Position numbers and translations under genes: made by a program. Below, piece by piece: positions 26,001 through 40,600 of a DNA stretch of 64,000 nucleotides. The DNA is from Rotaria socialis. Lineage: Eukaryota. The DNA is taken from NCBI GenBank assembly GCA_905331295.1, contig CAJNYD010000225.1, positions 62,001 to 126,000 of the forward strand. The letters are read 5' to 3'. The notes below the pieces were generated by a model that made no database searches, was not told the DNA's origin, and saw nothing but the letters and a program-made list of their open reading frames with translations. Within the stretch, counting starts at the first letter, position 1; every line of letters starts with the position of its first letter.

Positions 26001-29000
26001 CTAGTTTTAAACATTGTGATTGTAATGTTCCAACCATATATTCTTTTCGTTTAACATACATTTTAAGACGAACCATAAAGAACTCTTGACAAATTTCTTC
26101 AGGACTTTTGTAACGATGTAAGATACCGTGATGATCAAAAAGAACCATATTTGTTAATTTAAATGTTTCTTGTAAACGAAAACTTTTATGAAGACCACCT
26201 TCATTAAATTTAACAAATTGTGCTGGTGATAATTTGACAACAAAACGAACAGTCGTATCAGTATGGTATTCTGATTAGAAGACAGAAAGAAAGAAAGAAA
26301 GCAAACAAGAATAAATTTAGAAAGTTATTTTATTGATAATAAACTGCTTTTGTTATCAGATTGATTTTTAAATTTCTAACAGAAAATGACTCTATTTTTC
26401 TTTTTTCAGATGAGTGCAAAAAATGTTTGATAGAAACTGTTTGTTTTTACTAGGAGAATAATTATAGATTGAAAACAAAATCGACTAAATCTGATTCAAC
26501 CAATGATATGTATCTCATATAAAATTACCTTTATAATCAAGAATACTTGGGACAATATCATTTCGTTTTGGATGAAGCATTGTTTCAAGAACATTTTCCT
26601 TGTAGTTTTGTGTCCAAGTACCGATCGGTAAATCAGTTATTTCAATAGATGTTTCATCAAGTTTAGCACAAACACCATTAATAACACCACGTGTACGATC
26701 ATTATCTAATAATCTAATTTCACCGGTGAAATTTTTATACCATGGAACTAATTCTTCTAATCTAACCACATCCGGGTACTGTTTTGGTGTAGCCGTTGGA
26801 TCATTTAATTGACGTTGTCGTTCACGTTCTTGACGAATATAATACTTCATATTATTACTTAATGTTAATGGATTATAGGATGGTATATCAGTTGAATAGC
26901 CAGTACCAACGCCATTCGCACCATTCACAAGAATAGTAGGAATTATTGGGCAATACCATTCAGGTTCAATACTCATACCATCTTCATTTAAATATGTTAA
27001 TAATGGTTCATCATTTTTAATAAACAATGATAAAGCAAGTGTACTGCAAAAATCAAATAAGCATAGATTATGTATATGGTAATGTATACGTTTTTCTTAC
27101 CTAAGTCGAGTAAAAATATAACGTGCTGAAGCTGCATCACTGCCACCATGTAAACGTGTGCCGAATTGACCAGCTGGTACAAGAAAATTAATATTATTTG
27201 AACCAACAAAATTCTGTGCGAGACCAACAATGGTATTTGTTAAAGATTGTTCACCATGATGATAAGCAGAATTTTCGGCTACTTTACCGCCTAATTGTGC
27301 TACTTTTATTTCGCGTATTAAATTTTTTGTAAAACAAACGAACATGATTTTACGTTGACCTGGTTTGAAGCCATCCTTGAAAAAAAGAAAAGAATAATTT
27401 GAGAAAAAGAGTCTTTTAATTTTTAATGATGCTTTTACCATAATACTTGGAATTGCACGTTCTGTACTTGATTTGGAAAAAAGAACGAGCTCTTTGTTAA
27501 TGAAATCATTAAAATTAATTTGTTTCGTATCTTTTTTATATAAATAATCGGCTGGTAAATTTTGTTCACGTCTTTGATTAACATCTTCTGTATGCCATTT
27601 TATCCAATCTTTACGATCGTCACTTAGAGCACTATTAAATGCTAATTGAATAGCTAGATCATCTTTAATTGAATCATATTTAAATAAAATACGATGCCGC
27701 TCCATATTAGAAAAATATTCTTTTGCTTCTTTAGCTGTAGATGTACCCAAACCTGAGATTTTACAATAAATATGCATTTATGAAAGTATTTGGAATAGGG
27801 AACAGAGAGGAAAACCTTTGTAGTATTTGCATTTCCATTTTTGCCAATTCGGTGTTGACGATTGCCATTGTTCGAATTCAGGCATAGAATAAAATGGAAT
27901 TACATCATTACCTTTGGTAACCTAAAAATAATATATATTTTAAAGCATACATCGAGAATTGAGAGTCATATAAGAACTCTAGGAAAATATTTTTTATACA
28001 TGTCTATGTCGTAGATCAATCTCGAAACTGACTTGAAATCATCAGGCCAATCCGACTTAGGTCTAGTTCATTCTCAGATTTTAAAAATGTTTTCAGGTCA
28101 AACTAAGATAAAATAATTAAGAACTACAATTACAGCTGATCTCTATTAAATCAATAGCAGAACATAGTAAAAACCAATATACTCAGAAATATAGTGAATA
28201 GACGACAATGCATCTTTTTATTGTTACATATTTCTTAAGAAAAGAATCCTTTTTATGATAATATGTCGAGCAGAAAAATTAATTTCTTGTACAAGCACAC
28301 TGGGTGATGTTTATTTTCTCATTTACCTCAATAATACACATCTTGATAACGTCTCAAAATATATAGTTTTAATGCAGTGCTCATCGGTATCTCATCCAAA
28401 AGAATCTACTGTAAACAAATGCATTTATGTGATACAAAAGTGGCACTGACCAACAAAGCTTATCTTTCATCAATAATTCACTGAAAAATTAGAATTTTTT
28501 TACTTTTGTTTAAGCATCAGCATACATCTTATTCGTAATCTATGATTTGTTTTCATTATTCTCTCCAATATTTGAATATGTCTAATATATATATATACGT
28601 ATATATCACTCACTTAGTGAAAAACCATATGTCTAACTGGAAAAATTTTAGTTACAGTCAATCCTAGATTGACCTGGGACATATATACGCATTTGTTAAA
28701 TAATCATATTTCTATATTTAGAAAAGCTTTCAAAAAGTTTTACTTTAATAGCTTCCTACATAACTGCTTAATTAAACATAAACAATATCATAGACTTTAA
28801 TTTTGGCTCTAATGATTAAAGTCTAATCAAACAATATTTTATCTCACTCTGAAATTTATCAGAGCTTCGGCTCGTTTGTCGACTACTCTTCCACGTAATA
28901 GAATTGTAAGCAGAAAATTTTCAATTTCTATGATGAACTCATCAATGATAGAGTTTAATTTTTTTATCTCAAGAAAATTTCAGAATAATTCTGATGGTTT

Positions 29001-31388
29001 TGTTGTATGAATGAAAATGTTCATGTCAAAAACTTCATAAAGCACCAGCAAATATCAATATAGATCGTAACACTTTTGATATGGTATGAGCATGAAAAAT
29101 GATTACTACTGCTACATGATATACACAACAGGATACATTTGATTGTTTCTCAACTAATAGCACGTTGATAACTACACAGTACATCGTAATAAAACAAAAG
29201 TAACCTTTATGTATCTATAACATAGTTTTTCTAGTTGTTCAAGTTAAATACTTGCTTACCTTTAAAATTGGTGTAATAAATACTTCAATATAATCATGTT
29301 TGAGTAAATTTGGCCATTTATAATGTATAAAATTGATCACAAGACCTTTAATATGACTGCCATCTTGATCTTGATCAGCCATAATCATTAGTTTTCCATA
29401 ACGTAATTTAGTTATATCATTTTTATTTGCATATTTTTCACCATAATTTAAACCAAGAATTTTAACTAGCTGTGAAACTTCACTATTTTCGGTCATTTTT
29501 TTAGTTGTTGCTTCTCGAACATTTAACATTTTACCTTTTAACGGATAGACACCATAACGATCACGACCTATGAAGAGACAAAATTTAGATTAAAACTATG
29601 TTTTTCTTCTTTTATCTTTCTTACCAATAACACCAAGGCCAGCTACTGCAAGTGCTTTGGCTGAATCTCCTTCAGTTACAATTAATGTACAATATTGAGA
29701 ATTTTTTGTTCCAGCATCATTTGCATCATCTAATTTTGGTATGCCTTTTAATTTCGATGTTTTTGTTCCACTTTGTTTTTGTAGTTTTGCATCTTGCCGA
29801 TGTTCAAGCCAATTGATAACTGACTCAACAATACCAGTTTTTTTAAGAATATCTTTTAAAAAGTTTTCATCGTCTTTCAATGAACATGTGGAACCAAAAT
29901 GTTTACGTTCAGTTGCTAATTGTTTTTTTGCTTGTGATTCGAATTCCGGATTTTCAATTAAACAATTAACAAAGACAAATAAATGGGATTTAACTTGCAT
30001 CGGCTTAAGATTTTCTCCAGCGGCTTTACTTTTCTTTTTGATGTGTTCAATAAGTTTTGGACAGATTTGTTCTGTTATATAATCAACATGCTTACCACCT
30101 TCCGAAGTTAAAATTGAATTAACAAAGCTAACTTGTGTAAAACCATTATTATGATCATTTTTTGCAACACCAATTTCCCAACGTTCACTCACTTTTTTAT
30201 AAGCAATTTCTTTTTCTGTTGCTTCAATATACATTAACATATAATCTTTCATATTTTTTACCTATTTATTACAAACACGAAAATAGTTTTAGGAATCGAA
30301 AAGACAAAAAAATCACATACTGGAATACGTTTGCCATTGAGTGTTACTTTACAACCAGTTGATACAGCTACATCATAAGCACGTCTTTTGAATAATGCAA
30401 CAAGATCATCATCGAATTTGTCCATTTGAAATCGTTTTAAATCGGGTACAAATGTTATGCGAGTAAATTCTTTTGGATTATCACTTGTTTTAGTTACGAT
30501 GGCATCTTGTGGATCACGCATATTATTTGTCCACGTCTAAGGTAAATATGAATAATATTTCTCATATATTTTCATGATAAAAATTCAGAAATCAAGCCTA
30601 CTTGTTTAAATAACTTTTTATACTCTTTTGAACATGTTTCAATAGTAAATTTTTTACTAAAAATATTTGTTACTTTGGCACCATAACCATTTCGACCACC
30701 TATAGTAAATGAAAATTTTGAAAAACTGATTTTTCGATGAGTTCAAGAAATACCAGTAATTCGTTTGTTGTCATCATTGAAGTTATCTGATGTGAGTAGT
30801 TTGCCAAAAATTAATGTTGGAATGTAGATGGATTCATCTTGTGCCCATTTACGAACAGGAATACCACGACCATCATTACAAATTTTTATTTCACCTTTTT
30901 CTCTAAACAAAATGATGTGTGTGCAAGAGTTCGTTTTTAGTCGTTTTTGTTGTAAAGAAAATCTTACTGATTGATATCAACATCAATTGATGTCATTGTT
31001 GTGTCACGTTGTTTATTGTCAGCCGCATTCACTAGATGAAATAGAAAGAATCTCAGTAGGATAAATTCAAATAAATTGGCTGGTTTTTACCAAGAATTTC
31101 ATCGAAAATTTTGTAGAGGCCCGGTACATAGGTAATTTCCTTTTTGACAATTCTCGGGCCTTCTTCTCCTTTTTCATCAAGAATCCACATTTCCTGTAAG
31201 AAATAAAAATTGTAGAATAAACATACAGAAATATTACATAATCATATTACTTCTTGGCATGGTTTATTTGAACCAATATATGTTTCAGGTCGTTTAAGAA
31301 TGTGATCAAGTTGTTCGAGAAGTTGATAGGTTTCTTCATCCTTATTTGGTGCATCGCTAATAGATTTATTCATTGAAGAAGCCATCAT
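23046..31388 (-). CDS. TOP2: DNA topoisomerase II (type IIA), many exons
   Basis: HILKRPETYIGS, GGRNGYGAK, EGDSA, PLKGK, DQDQDGSHIKG, DGFKPGQRK, YHHGE and active-site SARYIF. Lys/acidic low-complexity C-terminal domain ending ISDDDDFN*. Start is MMASSMNK at 31388. Confidence 0.95.
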
Positions 31389-31874
31389 ACAAACGACGTC
31401 CTCTGTGAAAATAGCGTTTAGAAGCAACTATAACAATATGATAAATGTGTATCGTTGCACCTAATCTAAAAATGAACGATAGTTTGATGTGAAATAACGT
31501 TTGTCTATTTCTTTTCGTTGTTTAAATAATGACGCGACACTGTTCGAATAAATAGTTGATTCTCTGTTTAGTTAAGTCTTTGTATTCGATTTCGAATTCT
31601 TTCTATGTGCCGGTTATTCACTTTATTATATTCAAATGATCAGTCAATTTAAATTAAAACTATTATTACTGTATTAAATTATTCAATCATTTACTACGTA
31701 TTAATTTTTTAAACGGTTCAATGTAAGATTTAACATATTTTCCTACGACTAAAAGTTGTTTCCATTTATTTCGATAGATGCCCCTGCCTTTCATTGAACC
31801 CATGCTGAATCCAGTCTAAGAAGGTGAACTAACAAAATATCAATTGTAAATAACTTCTTTTTCAAACAACGTTC

Positions 31875-32933
31875 TACTATTGTACGGGTCTATGGCAGAT
31901 ACTCTCAGATTCATGAACTCGCATTTGCAAAAGAAACAGTGGCAAACAAATACAAGAGTTCCCTTGTTTTATGCTTAGATTTTCCTTTGTGAAAATTTTC
32001 TAATTGAAGCAATACATTTCTCTACTGAATCCTTCAATCTATTCATTTCAAATGAATTGATATGACATGTGGAAGGTCTTCTCGCGGTAAATCGAAGATG
32101 GAACGATAAATCATCCAAAAATTTTTACCAATCATTTCCTGTATCAATGAGTCTTCTTTTCTTTGATGACAGAACCAGATTAATATTGACTAATTTTACT
32201 GCATCATAATCTAATATGGATGTCACATCACAGATTCAAATTTTCCAAAACAGCCTAAGCGTTTCAATGAATGCGTCATAGAGAAATATATACAAATCTT
32301 AGCGACATTAAGTTAACAAAATATCAATCGTCCGTGGTATGTGATCAGATATTTGAAATGAAATTTTTAAGATATTCTGTCGGTCATTATACAACAATAC
32401 TGTTCTAATTTAAAAAGAAACATAAATAAATGATATATGATATCAAACGAAAGAAATTTTACTGTTAAATGGGACTGGCTACGTTGGAAAATTCCTAGCA
32501 TCTTTATGATTCACATGATTGTATTTCAACTTTACTATGCTAGAATATTCGACCACTAAATGTTGTATTGTTATCAGATTTCTACTATTTCTACTAGGAA
32601 TATTTATATTTTAAATGCACATTTAATATTCTCGGTGAAAGAAACCAACAACAAAGAAAAGCGAAGCATTTACTCAAAAATATCATTTTGTAAATTAAAT
32701 TTTTATAATAAACATGACAACTTCTAATTCAATCTCATCATTGTCAAAAACATGATCGTTTTCAAAGATCATTTTGGCATAGTAAAAGTCGATACGTCTG
32801 ATTGCTTGTAGCAAATTTTCATGTGTTGCAAACTAAGTAAACAAGGGAACTCTTGTATTTGTTTGCCACTGTTTCTTTTGCAAATGCGAGTTCATGAATC
32901 TGAGAGTATCTGCCATAGACCCGTACAATAGTA
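31875..32933. repeat. Pair of perfect 95-bp inverted repeats (31875-31969 and 32839-32933) enclosing about 870 bp; possible non-autonomous TIR element or assembly artefact
   Basis: tactattgtacgggtc...cccttgttt is the reverse complement of aaacaaggg...cccgtacaatagta. The right copy ends at the N at 32934. Confidence 0.75.
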
Positions 32934-34630
32934 NAAAATGGAAAAAATTTACAAAAGTTTGCTGGACCATAATAGAAGACCCGGGGTCTTTTATTATGGG
33001 GGGGGGGGTTTAGTAAGAAATAAATAAAAAGATAAATATAAACATTTATAACCATTTATAGGCATCGCCTAACGACTTCAACATTCATTAAATACTGCTA
33101 TTGTAAAATATATCATCAGTTATCATTTCAGTATAAAAATTTCAGAAAAATTCGTCGGGTTTTGTTGAATGATGTGGTCAAATTATATATTGAAAGAAAT
33201 AATGATTTACTAAGATAAAAACATCAGAAATGTTATTCTTACGACAATTTCACTTGAAAGCATGTCTTTTGTAATAAGTATATCCAAGAAAACACTAGAG
33301 AAAGATGAGTTGCATTAAAAGTAAAGAAAAATAAAAAGAAATGATGAGTTGGAAGAAGCAAAGAAGTAATTCACCAGAATGGCAAAAGCTTTTATAATTC
33401 ATTCTCTTAGTAAATTAATGTAAATGAAAAATACATCATCATTGAAAGTCTTTGCATTTATATACATATATATATATATATATTCGGAAAATCTGAGATT
33501 TTAATAGAAAATATAATAAATATTTAAGGAAAAGCTATAAAAGTTATCTAGGACAATAGTCTGGCATGTGCTATGTCTAAAATTAGACGTATATGATAAA
33601 TTGATAAGAAAATAATGTCTAGCAATCTACTGAGCTATTCAATTGAGCTATGTACCTATGCTTTCTTTTTTTTCTCTCTTCACAACTCTTCTTTCTGAAA
33701 ATCTACACTAGTGCATGCCTTTCTTTTTTTTTCTTTCTTGTTGTCGTATATGAGTTTGTTGGTCTGAGTGGTAATTTATGAGCATTTGCAGTGCTTTCTT
33801 CTTATTCCATAAAGTCAACTAACAAATCATCATCATTATTAGTAGTATGTGCCGTCTTAGATCCATCATAATAGATAGTTTTCTCTTTAATACATGGTTC
33901 AAAACTACCTAGATAACATCTAAAAGTTTGAATCCAGTCTATAAAACTATTGATCAAGGACATGCTCATAAATTAACTTCGCTTTAAAAAAAACTGCTAT
34001 AATAATCTTAGTGGTCTAAGTATCTCACTTCAATAATAAAAGGCGCTTTGGAGTATAGAGGCACATTGATCACACAATTTTACTGGGTAATATATTGTTT
34101 TAGCATTTTTTTTAAATAGAATCGCAATATGAAGAGTAGTACTCGTTAGAACATAGATGTTGGCATTTACACTAAGTTTTGCACTTTTTTTCCACGATGG
34201 TACTATCCTTTTTCCAACGAAGTAAACTTTCTTTTTGTTTTACTATCAGTAATTTAAATGAGTTGGCATTATTATTTTTATTGTATTAATCATTTTCAAT
34301 GACTAATTCAATGTGTCATTTATCGTGAGGCTGCTGACTCATAGTATCGTTAAATAAGAAACGCGTGAACTTTTATGCGTTAAATTATCGTTTACATTTA
34401 TAATGGTATTCATATTCGAATAAATCAATTGCTTCCATACTATCCTTATCAGTGTTTGCTTTTATATCATTTGTATTTCATTATCTTAGTATTTCATAAT
34501 GAATAGAAATAAGTCATACCATATTTATTACTCAATATCTATGATTTTTTTTTCTTCTTTCAGATCATTATGATTTTGTGAATAACAACTACTTTGAAGC
34601 AAAGGATAAGACAAAAAAACCTTGTCGATT

Positions 34631-37600
34631 ATGCAATCATCAAAAACTAGTCATGATTTATATCAAGAAGAAAATGAATTGAATCAACATAGACCGGTCA
34701 AGCATGTTCGAAGCCATGATAGTCAGGATAAAAAGCGTCAACATCAACACAGACAACATTCACCGATGCGAAGCAATCGATTCACGCCTTCTAACTTTCG
34801 ACATTCCATACGCAATCTAACTTCATGTACTTTAATAAGGTAAATGAAAATAAGATAAATATTATGACTATTTTCTTATTCTATAAAAAGAAAACCTACA
34901 AAATTCTTCGATTATATTGAGTTTTTTTTTCTTTTTTGATAAACTATGCTATATATTGTCTAAAATAATGAGTAAGCTTGCAATTTTTTCCATCTTAGTT
35001 ATTCATATAATAAGTATGGTACTCGACGCAATAATTCGTCTGTTTCAGACGTTTTATATCCGGCTTTTCTGCGTAAGAACTAAAAAGAAAGATAGCCACA
35101 CGATTTCCATCGTGTCGCTCTTTTTCTTTTTCTATCGACAACCATTATTTTTACTTATAAATGAATCCAATGTCGCCATGAGCAACATGACGGCATTAAA
35201 CAAAGAAAGATGTTGATTTTAAGTCAACTCTATCGTCTGAGTGCCATTCTGGTTGTTACATTTTTGCATTTTAAATATCCGAGTAATTCATAGAAAAAGA
35301 AAAAGAAAATGCACAACATGCGCTCGACGACTATAAACATGGAATAAGAGCATAAGGACTAGTATTCAAAATGAAAATCGACTCTGCATTCAAGTTGAAA
35401 TAGTAAGGGAAAAGCACAATTTTTCTGTAGGCATTTCGATGAAAATATTGTAATTATGGTAATGAAAATCAAAAAATCTAGCTGTTTTATGAATTAATTG
35501 TTCAAAAAAGAACAATGCGGTTGATATATTTCAAAATTGCTTAGAAGTTACTTGATATCGAATGTACATTACAGTTGCATGCCGAAAATATGTGCTATTC
35601 CCATAGTATTTGATCAAAATATCTAGTAATTAAAAAAATTTAGTATTGTTTTTTCTACTTTATGAACTCATCTTCTATTGAATGTCGTGTGTATTTCTTA
35701 ATTTGTTTCTCTGATAATTCTGTACTGAATAGGCTACCCTCTCAATTGATGTTTGAGTCATAAGGAAAATAAAATCCATAGAAATTGAAACAGTAAATAG
35801 AAGCATAATTTTATTTATATTGATTTGTTTCCCGTTTTACTTCATTCTATTTTCCTTTTTTTCTGCCATGTACAAAAGAAAAAAAAATGAAAGACAATAT
35901 TGCCGATCAAGAGTACTTTACGGAAGAAAAAGTGAATGCTAGTAGCATTCACTTTCATCTATGCATAGAACGCCATATTTTTTATCGTAGTCTCGTTCGA
36001 TACCAATTACTTGAATCATTAGGTATTACAACAATAACACGTCGTCGTACAGAGAGAAAAAAAAACAGGAAGACAAACATTTAAAATCGATTATGTTCTT
36101 ATAAATGAGAAAAAAGAAAACGTGAATATGCAGCATCATTAACATTGACTTTCCTAGTTTGACAAAATATATGAAGAGAATCATGTTAAATTCACTGCGC
36201 CGCAGGTATGTTTTCTGGTGTTTTTCTCTATCGATTAGTATATTTGATTTTTTTATATTGACAGCTGATGAAAAATACTTCTTTTATACTTTGTGATTAG
36301 AGGTGTCAGCCGTACGGCTGAGCCGCCGCAGCAGCCGATTTTTCAGTAATATCAGTCGCCGCAGCCACCAAATTAGTAGTAATTTTTAAAATTTTGGGGG
36401 AGCCGCCGCTGCGAAAAAACAAGCTTAACCGTTGCGCCGCTGCAAGAGATAAAAAGTTTTGATAGCGTTATTTGCCGCCGCTGCCATCAATACATATGCG
36501 ATCGAATCGAACATTTTTCTTTTAATTTTCATCAGTGAATTTTTAACTGAGACCGCCGCCGTCACATAAAGACTTACAAATATCAGCCGACGCCGCCGCT
36601 GTGAAAAAAATTTTAAGAATTTGTAGCAGCCGCCGCTGAAGACATTACTCATTCAAATAACGAGCCGCTGGAAATCTTCAAAAATTGAAAACTGTTGCNT
36701 TGTAGCAGCCGCCGCTGAAGACATTACTCATTCAAATAACGAGCCGCTGGAAATCTTCAAAAATTGAAAATTGTTGCCCGCCGTCGCCGTTCAACCCTTC
36801 GGCTGACACCTCTAATTTGTGATTACTTATGAGTTGATTCATTTTCCCTATTATTTCAAAGGCAATTTTACTGATTATGCGTGACAATGAGTTCATTCAC
36901 ATATGTATATGTAACAAAACAAAATTTTTTTTTTCTATATACGACGTCAAAAAAACAAATCAATTGATTAATATAATTGTTTATTATTTTTTGATTTCTT
37001 GCCACTTGTTCATTGCTCTGCACGCTTAGTACAACATAACTATGTACGATAATTTCAAACAAATACTACTTGAAGGCAAGACACAAATCATAATCGCAAT
37101 ATTGACCGAGTTTGATTGTGTGGGGATTCATTTGATTTTTTGTCTTGTATTTATTCATCAGCATCATCATCATTGTTAATCGGAAATCCAATTTTTTTTT
37201 GGCTTCTATAATTAGATATACATGTGCATATACACATGCAAAAAAAATTGAAAGTAGATATGATGATGATTATCACAGAGAATAGTCAATAGACAGCGTT
37301 TGATAGATTATTAAGTGTATAAATATTTATCTTTAAGTTTCTGTCGCACAGTTTTTCAAGTGCGCCTGTGGGAACCAATAAGATTGATTAAATATGCTTA
37401 CCTATAATAAAATGCATAAGAAATAATTGATTATGAAATTTATTCAAGATCGACTGATGTTTTTTTGCTTTGTATAGTGTAAAAAATAAGTAACAACAAA
37501 AAAATTTCAATTAATTAACCTAAATTAATTAGCTCATTATTTAAAGAGAAAATAATATCTAGCAATTATTTCATTCAAAAAATGTATTATATTAAAAATA

Positions 37601-40600
37601 AAACGAAAACGAAAACTAAACGTCTATCTTTTATATATGTTTTTTTCTCATATGAGATTTGAGATCCATTTTTATCACATTTTTTAATATGTGATCTAGA
37701 ATATTTCTATTGTATATTCTATTTAATTAATATCTCAGTCAATTACCCCAAACTTTATGTTCTCGCATTAATAAATAATCTTTTTTTTTCATATAATTCA
37801 GACGAAAATCTAATCGTACATCGGATGATGAGGATTCAAATACATTGAAGGCTCAATCAAATTGTGCACTCGAAGATGTTTCTCACCAATCATCAAAAGC
37901 TCTTCTCATATCAACAAAATCTGCTTCAACATCACCATCAAATAATAAATATAAATCTCGTAGTAAGTCATTATTACCATCTACCAATGATAGTATTCCA
38001 TCTGGTACAAAAAAAGATAAGTCACCAGGCCAAAAGAAAAGTGTTGAAATGTCACCCAAAGTATCGAATACACCTTTAATCGATGCCTCATCACAAGTGC
38101 TATCAACTACAAACGATGATATGTTACTACCAAACTCACGTATACTATCCGGCAAAGAGGTGAGAAGAAGTATATAATATCCTGTGCTTATTCATTCGTT
38201 TGAATGAGATTTAAAAATGATCGAGACAGATTTATCCTCTTGTTCATTATCAATCTGGTTCGATTGACTGAAGCATTATTTGAATAGTTTCATGATCGGT
38301 TTATGTGACTCGATGCGTCAGATCAACCATATCAACGTTAGTCGTTCAGTTTTTTCTCTTCTCTCTCTCTTCTTACACTTCTAGACGCACATGTGTACAT
38401 CTATAGAGCTTATTACATTCTAATCTCACTTGCATGTCAAATTGAATTCATTTAAGAAAAAGAAAGATAAGTTTTATTGTCTCTCAACTAGTCAAATCAG
38501 CGCACTCTATTATCGATAGATTACCTTTAATTATCTTTAAGCTTTGTGATTTGTAAAAAAAATAAAAAGAGCAATGAATTCATGTTTCTAAATCTTCTTT
38601 CTATTTTTTGTTTAGATTAGTACAAGTCTAGTTAATCTGATGGGTACTGCATCCGATTTAGCCCCTATTAATAATACAACACAAATGCCAACTCATCCAG
38701 CTACAGTGAGTAGATTGAATTAGACTTTTTTTTTTATCATTGATCAGTATTAATGAGAATATACCAAACGAACAATGAATATTTATCGTTTTCTACAGCC
38801 ACGTAGAAGTAGCGTATTCAGTCTTATTCAGGTAGGCATAATGAGAATTTATACTTATATATATCGATGTAATATCGATTATTTTATGAATGAAAAAAAT
38901 ACTTAACATTTCTAAATCGTTTTGCTTCTTTTTTAATGGCAATTTTACTAATCAAAGGCAGTAACATATTTCCCAATGAACGACCTTGTCTATTGCTTAG
39001 TACGTCTGTTTTGCTGTCTTTGTTATCACGTCATCGAGAGAAGAAAAAAAAGAAAAGAATCGTTGATGATGAACAAAGACACGGGAGAACGGAGATAGAT
39101 ATATTTTACTATCAGATACAAAGAAAAAAAAGGAAAAAGAAAGACGAACATATATTTTCTATCATCAGACACACAACTCACGTCTCTAGAATTGATCGCA
39201 CCGCCTTCTATTTCTACATGCAGAAAACAGACAGAGAAAAGAATTATTCTTTTTCTTTTGTCCTTTCACTGTCATTGATGGTTGTTTGTTATTGTGCCGA
39301 ATCGTCATGATAATCATAACAAAAAAAGAAATGCATTCCATAAGAATCTAACCTCGACTTGTTGCTTTCTTTATTTGATGTTAAATATTATGACGGGAGT
39401 TAATCGATGTTTCGACAATAATGAGAATTAACTGCAGATATTGATCTAAATATGAATTCAGATGATAAGCTATTTTCCATGTTACCCTTATTAACTCATC
39501 GAATCATTAATCTATCATCATTATTTCCTATTCGCAATAACGATTATCTCGTATGTTTTCTAAAATACTCATATAACTGCTGTATCTTTCTCAAAAAAAA
39601 TTTAATTGAACTTAAATCATTCGTTTTACTTTACAGCATATTTCATCGACGTCAGCTGCTTCAGTTGAACGAATAGTATGTAATATATTATTTTTATTTA
39701 TCTTTAATTCAGTAGTCATCTATTCAGGGATTTATCGGACCTTCGTCTAATATTGGTAGATCCGGTATGATGGAATCACCGTCAACACAACGAACAGTGG
39801 ACACAGGAAACAATCACACAGGAGGCGTATCACCAAATTCACATAAAAAATTAACAAATCAATATACATGGTCTTGTGAAAGTTCTGCTACAGTTCATAT
39901 AAATACCGCAATTAGCTTCGATGAATGTTTACCACATCTTGAAATTGATGACAAACCATTAATATATCGTGAACAATTTCAATCAACCGTATAATAAAAA
40001 CATTTTTCCTCTAGTTTTTTGTTCGGAATAGCAGGTTCTTGGCGTTCTTTTTCTAGGAACATTTTAATTGGTATGGTATTAGCGATACTCATGGACCTGT
40101 TATCATATCATTCAAATACTCAAATGATTCGAATAAACAACGTTTTATAATGGCTATTGTGCGGTTAGTGAATAGTAGAATTAATTTGTTTATTATTTTG
40201 TTTCTCATTCAGAACTCGACAGCAAACATCGATCGAATCATTATTGTACATACCATCCACATGTTCTTCTATTGATATTTTACGGCGCATATGTGAACAA
40301 TGTGCCATCACTGATATTGAATATTTTGATCCGGTGCTTTGTGATGGGGTACAAGTCATTCATGAAAATAAATCAATATTTTTAAATTTCTTTCAAATTT
40401 TAGACTCATGATTTACTCATAAAATATGACGAATCATATGTATCGAACAGGCATAAATTCGGTATCATATATCAACGTGAAAACCAATTGACAGAAGAAG
40501 AAATATTTAGTAATGAAACGCACAGTACTGCTATGGATAAATTTCTTGATTTTATTGGTAGTCGTGTTAAACTAAAAGATTTCCAAGGGTAAACAAAGAA

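Noticed and set aside
36621..36777. Direct ~78-bp duplication on either side of the N at 36699
   Set aside because: Typical unmerged contig-end overlap at a scaffold join, not a biological tandem repeat.
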